Assembly: GCA_035478175.1 (NCBI GenBank)
Contig: DATIJX010000031.1
Span: forward strand, 2,854 to 66,853
Origin: Ignavibacteriaceae bacterium
GTDB taxonomy: Bacteria > Bacteroidota > Ignavibacteria > Ignavibacteriales > Ignavibacteriaceae
Length of the DNA stretch: 64,000 nt
Direction: 5' to 3'
Shown here: positions 59,328 to 64,000 of the stretch, piece after piece
Numbering within the stretch: the first letter of the stretch is position 1
Layout: each line of letters opens with the position of its first letter
Program-made: the position numbers and the translations under genes
The notes under the pieces: model-generated
Seen by the model: only the letters and a program-made list of their open reading frames with translations
The model's database searches: none
What the model was told of the DNA's origin: nothing

Positions 59328-62203
59328 TGAAACTGTCAGTAATATTTACACTTCTGTTTGCTGTTAATCTGTCTTCTCAGATTTCAGATGTTACAAGATT
59401 TCCGCATCAGAATAAAGAGCAGCAGTATTTTGAATCTTCGCCAGTTGTTATATCTGAAGATGAGCTTATGTTATTCTATCTTAATCCGATCGGACCGGAT
59501 ACATTATATTATTCCAGAACAAAAGATGCAGGATTGACATGGAGCAATCCGCAGGTCATTACTGGACTCGGATGGAGAGCTTCGAATTCGCCTAGGTTCC
59601 TTACATCACTAAAAACATCAACAGGTAGAATCATTCTTGCCTGGACTGACTATACTCAGGGGCGGATCGTCACAATTCATTCTGATGATAATGCATTATC
59701 CTGGTCAGATAGAATATCTTTCGGAACCTCGGCCAGATACAATCTTGTGCTTAGTGAACTCGAAGATGGAAAGATATGGCTTAGTTCGAGTTATCACCTC
59801 GGTACATTTGTTGGCATCAGAGAAAGTACCGATAATGGTGAAACCTGGACTTTACTCTCAAATATATTTCCGACATTCTCAAACAATATAAAAACAATAT
59901 CATTTGTCAGTATGCCGTATAAGATACTTGCATTTTTTGAACAGAATGAATCAGGGATATACTATAAAGAAAGTACCTCGGGATATTTTGGCTCGGTTTC
60001 AATTCCCGTAATTGATTCACCTTTAAGAGAAAATAATCCCCGTGTAATAAAATACAGCGATACTCATTTGAAAATATTGTATCAGGTAGTAGATACAAGC
60101 GAGCCGTACAATCCTAAAAATGATATTTACTACATTGAGAGTTTTAATGGAGGAATAAACTGGGGAAGTCCGCAGCGGTTTACGAGTTATGCAGGTGAAG
60201 ATCAGTATGTACAGGCAGCAAAGTCCGGAGATAAAGCATTCATTACATTTTCGTCAACACGCTATACAAACCAACCGCAGATAAGTTATGCAATTATTGG
60301 AGAGACTGTTGAACAATTCCGTCCTCCGTTTATTGAAGGTGTTTTCGCAAACGCAGACAGCCTTAGCGGAAAGCATTGGCTGATAAGTTCGAATGTAATT
60401 GATGATGAAGAAGTTGTGAAGGTTACCGTTACTTTTGAAGACGGCAGTTATGCTGAATTATTTGACGATGGTTTACATAATGACGGTGGTGCAAATGATA
60501 ATCTTTTTGCTAATGTAGTTTTGCTAAACTCACTTGAACCTTCAAAAGCCGGAAAGATTGATGTAAATAAATTGACTTTGCCATTTAATAATAAAGGTAT
60601 CATTGCTGATACAAGAACTAGTTTTAGTCAAAGCTGCATCTTTGAAGCTACAGATAATTCAGCTCATAAATGCCAGTTCGTAACTGTTGTTGAAGAAGCA
60701 AGCGGAATTGGTGCCGGTGGCAGATTCGAAGAAGGCGGCTTTTTGTTTTCAGGAGGGTTTGTTATGTCAGGTTATACGAATGAAACGCTGTGGGCAAATG
60801 CACAGGCAAGTGCAATGTTAGTAGAAGATTATATACCTGGAAGTGTAGGATCAGATAAAAACGATCCGTTAAATAAAATTTATACTATATACCGCGATGA
60901 TCCGCCTTTCGGCTATTCCTGGCAGCGATGGAAAGATGCAGTTTCACTCGGTGCAGAATTTTACGATGGTGACGGTGACGGAATTTACAGCCCGGTAGAT
61001 AAAAACTGGAACGGCACATGGGATCCTGATGAAGATATGCCAATGCTGATAGGTGACCAAACTGCCTGGTGTGTTTACAATGATGGATTACCAAAGGGGC
61101 AGAGAAGATGGAATACGGTGAATCCACAAGGAATAGAAGTAAGACAAACAATATTTGCAACTGATAACCCGGAGCTTGAGAATGTAATCTTCATACGATA
61201 TTCAATTCTTAACACTGGACTTGTTGCTGAAATTATGGATTCAGTTTATTTTGGTGTTTGGGAGGATGCGGATGTTGGTGATTATACGAAGGATAAAGTT
61301 GGCTGTGATACATTGTTAAATTCGGGCTTTTATTACAAAGATGGTCCCGATGCAATTTATGGAATTAACCCACCTTCATTCTTTACAACTTTTTTGCAAG
61401 GTCCCTTTATTGAAACAAACAATCCTTCTGATACTGCTCATAATAATTCAGGGGAGTTGATTGGCAGTGAAAAATCAGGAGGAAGAAAAAACCTTGATAT
61501 AACTTCACATGTCTTTTCTGTTCCAGGACCTTCTGGATTCATGAGTCCAGAGAATGAAGTTGAAGCAAAAAATTATATGTTAGGAAAGAACAGAGTTGGC
61601 CAATTTCCCGATCCATGTAATTTTATTTATGGTGAAGTCAGAGGTGGAGTAAATTGTAATGAAATTAATCCGGCATTTTGGGTTTCCGGAGATCCGGTCT
61701 CAGATTACGGCTGGATAAATACATTTCGAAGCGATAAACGAAATCTAATCAGCACAGGCCCATTCCTTTTAGAAAAAGATAAACCGCAGGAAATAATAAT
61801 TGCATACGTAATAGGAAGAGGTACTGATCCACTCAGTTCAGTAACAGTTGCAAGAGAAAATGTGCAGAGAGCAATACAGGAATACCAGAGCAACTTTGCT
61901 TCAATGACTTACATGCCACCATCAGCAACAAATCCTGTAAACAGTTATGTGCTTTACCAAAACTATCCAAATCCATTTAATCCAACCACTACGATAAGAT
62001 ATGAACTCCCGCAGGATGGAGTAGTAACGATAGAAGTATTCGATATTCTTGGACAGAAAGTAAAAACCATCCTTAATGAATTTAAGAGAGCAGACAGGTA
62101 TGAAGTAACATTTAGCTCAACAGGATTAGCGAGCGGAGTTTATATTTATCAGTTGCGAGTAAATGATTTCATCACCAGTAAAAAAATGATTTTAATAAGA
62201 TGA
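59324..62203 (+). CDS. T9SS-secreted multidomain protein, paralog 2
   Basis: 959 aa with the same architecture. ATGA overlap with paralog 1. Confidence 0.85.
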   Translation: MMKLSVIFTLLFAVNLSSQISDVTRFPHQNKEQQYFESSPVVISEDELMLFYLNPIGPDTLYYSRTKDAGLTWSNPQVITGLGWRASNSPRFLTSLKTSTGRIILAWTDYTQGRIVTIHSDDNALSWSDRISFGTSARYNLVLSELEDGKIWLSSSYHLGTFVGIRESTDNGETWTLLSNIFPTFSNNIKTISFVSMPYKILAFFEQNESGIYYKESTSGYFGSVSIPVIDSPLRENNPRVIKYSDTHLKILYQVVDTSEPYNPKNDIYYIESFNGGINWGSPQRFTSYAGEDQYVQAAKSGDKAFITFSSTRYTNQPQISYAIIGETVEQFRPPFIEGVFANADSLSGKHWLISSNVIDDEEVVKVTVTFEDGSYAELFDDGLHNDGGANDNLFANVVLLNSLEPSKAGKIDVNKLTLPFNNKGIIADTRTSFSQSCIFEATDNSAHKCQFVTVVEEASGIGAGGRFEEGGFLFSGGFVMSGYTNETLWANAQASAMLVEDYIPGSVGSDKNDPLNKIYTIYRDDPPFGYSWQRWKDAVSLGAEFYDGDGDGIYSPVDKNWNGTWDPDEDMPMLIGDQTAWCVYNDGLPKGQRRWNTVNPQGIEVRQTIFATDNPELENVIFIRYSILNTGLVAEIMDSVYFGVWEDADVGDYTKDKVGCDTLLNSGFYYKDGPDAIYGINPPSFFTTFLQGPFIETNNPSDTAHNNSGELIGSEKSGGRKNLDITSHVFSVPGPSGFMSPENEVEAKNYMLGKNRVGQFPDPCNFIYGEVRGGVNCNEINPAFWVSGDPVSDYGWINTFRSDKRNLISTGPFLLEKDKPQEIIIAYVIGRGTDPLSSVTVARENVQRAIQEYQSNFASMTYMPPSATNPVNSYVLYQNYPNPFNPTTTIRYELPQDGVVTIEVFDILGQKVKTILNEFKRADRYEVTFSSTGLASGVYIYQLRVNDFITSKKMILIR

Positions 62204-64000
62204 GAAATTTTCTATTACTAGCTTTAATTTTTCTTTCAGCGGCAGAGCTGTATTCTCAGATAACTGAAGTTACAAGACTTCCGGTTCAGGACATCTCACA
62301 ATCAATCAAAGAATCAACTCCGGTTTGGGTTTCAGAAAATGAGATAATGATTTTTTATGTGAATCAGACGAAGGACACAATCTTCTCGACTAAAAGTAAT
62401 AATAGGGGTATAAATTGGGAAGAACCGAAATTCCAATTTGCACTTGATTCATTAGCTCAGGAATTAATTTATCTATCAGCATTAAAAACTAAAACGGGCA
62501 GGTTGATTCTCTCGTGGTCAATAATTTTAGAGGGAATTAACATAACCTATTCCGATGACGATGGAGAAACCTGGTCGCCAATTCAAATAATTTATGGAAC
62601 CGGACCTGATCCAACACCACCTGGCAGGAGAATCTATCACTTAAAGCTGTCGCAGCTTGATGATGATAGAATAATTCTTTGCTATAATGTAAACAATAGT
62701 GACCAGCTAAATTTGTACTACAAAGAAAGTTTTGATGATGGAGAAAATTGGAACGGCATTCCGGTTACTATTCCAAAAACCGGTGGGTACAGCTTTTCTG
62801 ATCATAGTATCATTTCTACAGAGCCCGGCAAGTTGATTTGTGTTTTCCATCTTAAGAGGATATCAAGCAGTAATTATAATATATACTCTATCTTCAGCAA
62901 TGATAATGGAATAACCTGGAGCGATACAATAAATATTTCCGGTTACGCGAGCAATGAAGCAATTCCAAGAATAAGCAGGGATGGTGAAGGAAATCTTTGG
63001 CTTTCATACCTAAGAAATGATATAGTTACGTTCGGAACAAACATAAACTTCAATGTTGGAAATATTTTCTACAGAAAAAGTACAGATGGAGGTTTAAGCT
63101 GGAGTGATGAAAATCAATTAACTCATTTTATCGGCGATGACAATTTTCCATCGTTAAATACTTCGGGTAATCGTCCTTTTTTGTCTTACTCAACTGTGAA
63201 ATTTACCGGCCGCCACCAGATTGCTTTTGGAATATTAGGAGAAACAGTTGAAACTTACACACCGCCTTTTCTCTTTCTTAGCGAATCTCCTTATAGCTGG
63301 CCTTCATCCGCTGATAGCTTTATAGTTAATGCTTATGTGAAGGATGATGTAGCTGTTAGATCTGTAGAATATTTCTCTAAAGCTGAAACTGAACCGGCAA
63401 TATTGTTCGATGATGGAAATCATTTTGACCAGGCTGCTGGTGATGGTATTTATGGGAATCGAGTTTACTACTTACAGACTGAACCCAGAAGCACATTTTC
63501 ATTGGATGCCAATAAAATTAAAGTATCCTTTTCAAACGAAGGAGTTATAGCCGATATATGGGTCAGAGATACAGTCAACTCAACGTTTCGTTTGAAAGAT
63601 GTCGAGGAAAGCGAAGCGAATGCTAAGAGAAATTTATTAGTCACTTTTCCATCTTACGGAAATTATGAGGAAGGCAGTTTTTTGTTTTCTTCAGGATTCT
63701 ACTTGTCGGGATATTCGAATGGAGAGTTATGGACAAACGCTGTTGCAACTGCTAGTCTGGTGCAAGATTATTTAGCGGGAACGGTAAACTCAAATCCCGA
63801 TGATCCACTGTTTAATTTTTATATTATGAGGAAAGATGATATTCCGTTCGGTTCTTCCTGGCAGAGATGGAAAGATGCCGTTAACCTTGGTGCAGAATTC
63901 TACGATGGTGATGGCGATGGAATTTATAATCCTGCGGATAAAAACTTGAACGGGACGTGGGATTTGAATGAAGATATGCCGATGATACTCGGCGATATGA
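62200..64000 (+). CDS. T9SS-family multidomain protein, paralog 3 (3' end beyond window)
   Basis: It is absent from the ORF track because no stop falls in the window. From ATG 62200 (ATGA overlap) it reads MRNFLLLALIFLSAAELYSQITEVTRLPVQDISQSIKESTPVWVSENEIMIFYVNQ... and still matches the paralogs at 63990 (...FYDGDGDGIYNPADKNLNGTWDLNEDMPMILGD). Confidence 0.85.
   Translation, partial: MRNFLLLALIFLSAAELYSQITEVTRLPVQDISQSIKESTPVWVSENEIMIFYVNQTKDTIFSTKSNNRGINWEEPKFQFALDSLAQELIYLSALKTKTGRLILSWSIILEGINITYSDDDGETWSPIQIIYGTGPDPTPPGRRIYHLKLSQLDDDRIILCYNVNNSDQLNLYYKESFDDGENWNGIPVTIPKTGGYSFSDHSIISTEPGKLICVFHLKRISSSNYNIYSIFSNDNGITWSDTINISGYASNEAIPRISRDGEGNLWLSYLRNDIVTFGTNINFNVGNIFYRKSTDGGLSWSDENQLTHFIGDDNFPSLNTSGNRPFLSYSTVKFTGRHQIAFGILGETVETYTPPFLFLSESPYSWPSSADSFIVNAYVKDDVAVRSVEYFSKAETEPAILFDDGNHFDQAAGDGIYGNRVYYLQTEPRSTFSLDANKIKVSFSNEGVIADIWVRDTVNSTFRLKDVEESEANAKRNLLVTFPSYGNYEEGSFLFSSGFYLSGYSNGELWTNAVATASLVQDYLAGTVNSNPDDPLFNFYIMRKDDIPFGSSWQRWKDAVNLGAEFYDGDGDGIYNPADKNLNGTWDLNEDMPMILGDM

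Overview
AT-rich (about mid-30s % GC by eye) chromosomal window that looks like an Ignavibacteria/Bacteroidota-type (FCB group) genome. Several secreted proteins end in a T9SS C-terminal sorting domain (YQNYPNPFNP...), lpxC and fabZ are fused, and a uppS-bamA-skp-skp-lpxD-lpxC/fabZ-lpxA block is present. I count about 60 protein genes and see no rRNA, tRNA or CRISPR array.

Gene content in order:
- 0-3.6 kb: a thiol-redox island.
- An SDR, a DMT transporter, eno and glnA, then a 12-Asp-box T9SS protein.
- 14-23 kb: an accessory-flavoured stretch. It holds hicBA, a decayed macro-domain gene, an acsA-like ligase, an ACP coupled to a Kbl-like oxoamine synthase, DUF433, a UPF0175/PIN pair, a second kbl, a four-helix-bundle (23S-IVS-type) cassette and tdh.
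- An M14 peptidase plus a decayed copy, a vWA lipoprotein, fumC, a GH13 pullulanase, a PAS-rich hybrid kinase, mlaE and ilvE.
- A lexA-headed operon interrupted by an IS1182-like element.
- The outer-membrane/lipid A block, a lipoate ligase and panB.
- Three tandem paralogous BNR/T9SS proteins, the last running off the window.

Best follow-ups:
1. The lexA + WYL-like + IS-split gene operon, with two 16-bp palindromes inside a consensus promoter.
2. The AMP-ligase / ACP / Kbl-like trio next to a canonical kbl-tdh pair.
3. The four-helix-bundle cassette framed by short-unit inverted repeats, and related gene-less repeat pairs elsewhere.
4. The GAACTC...GAGTTC MITE-like elements.
5. The mosaic T9SS paralog array.

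All functional calls come from motif recognition by eye. No database search was run.
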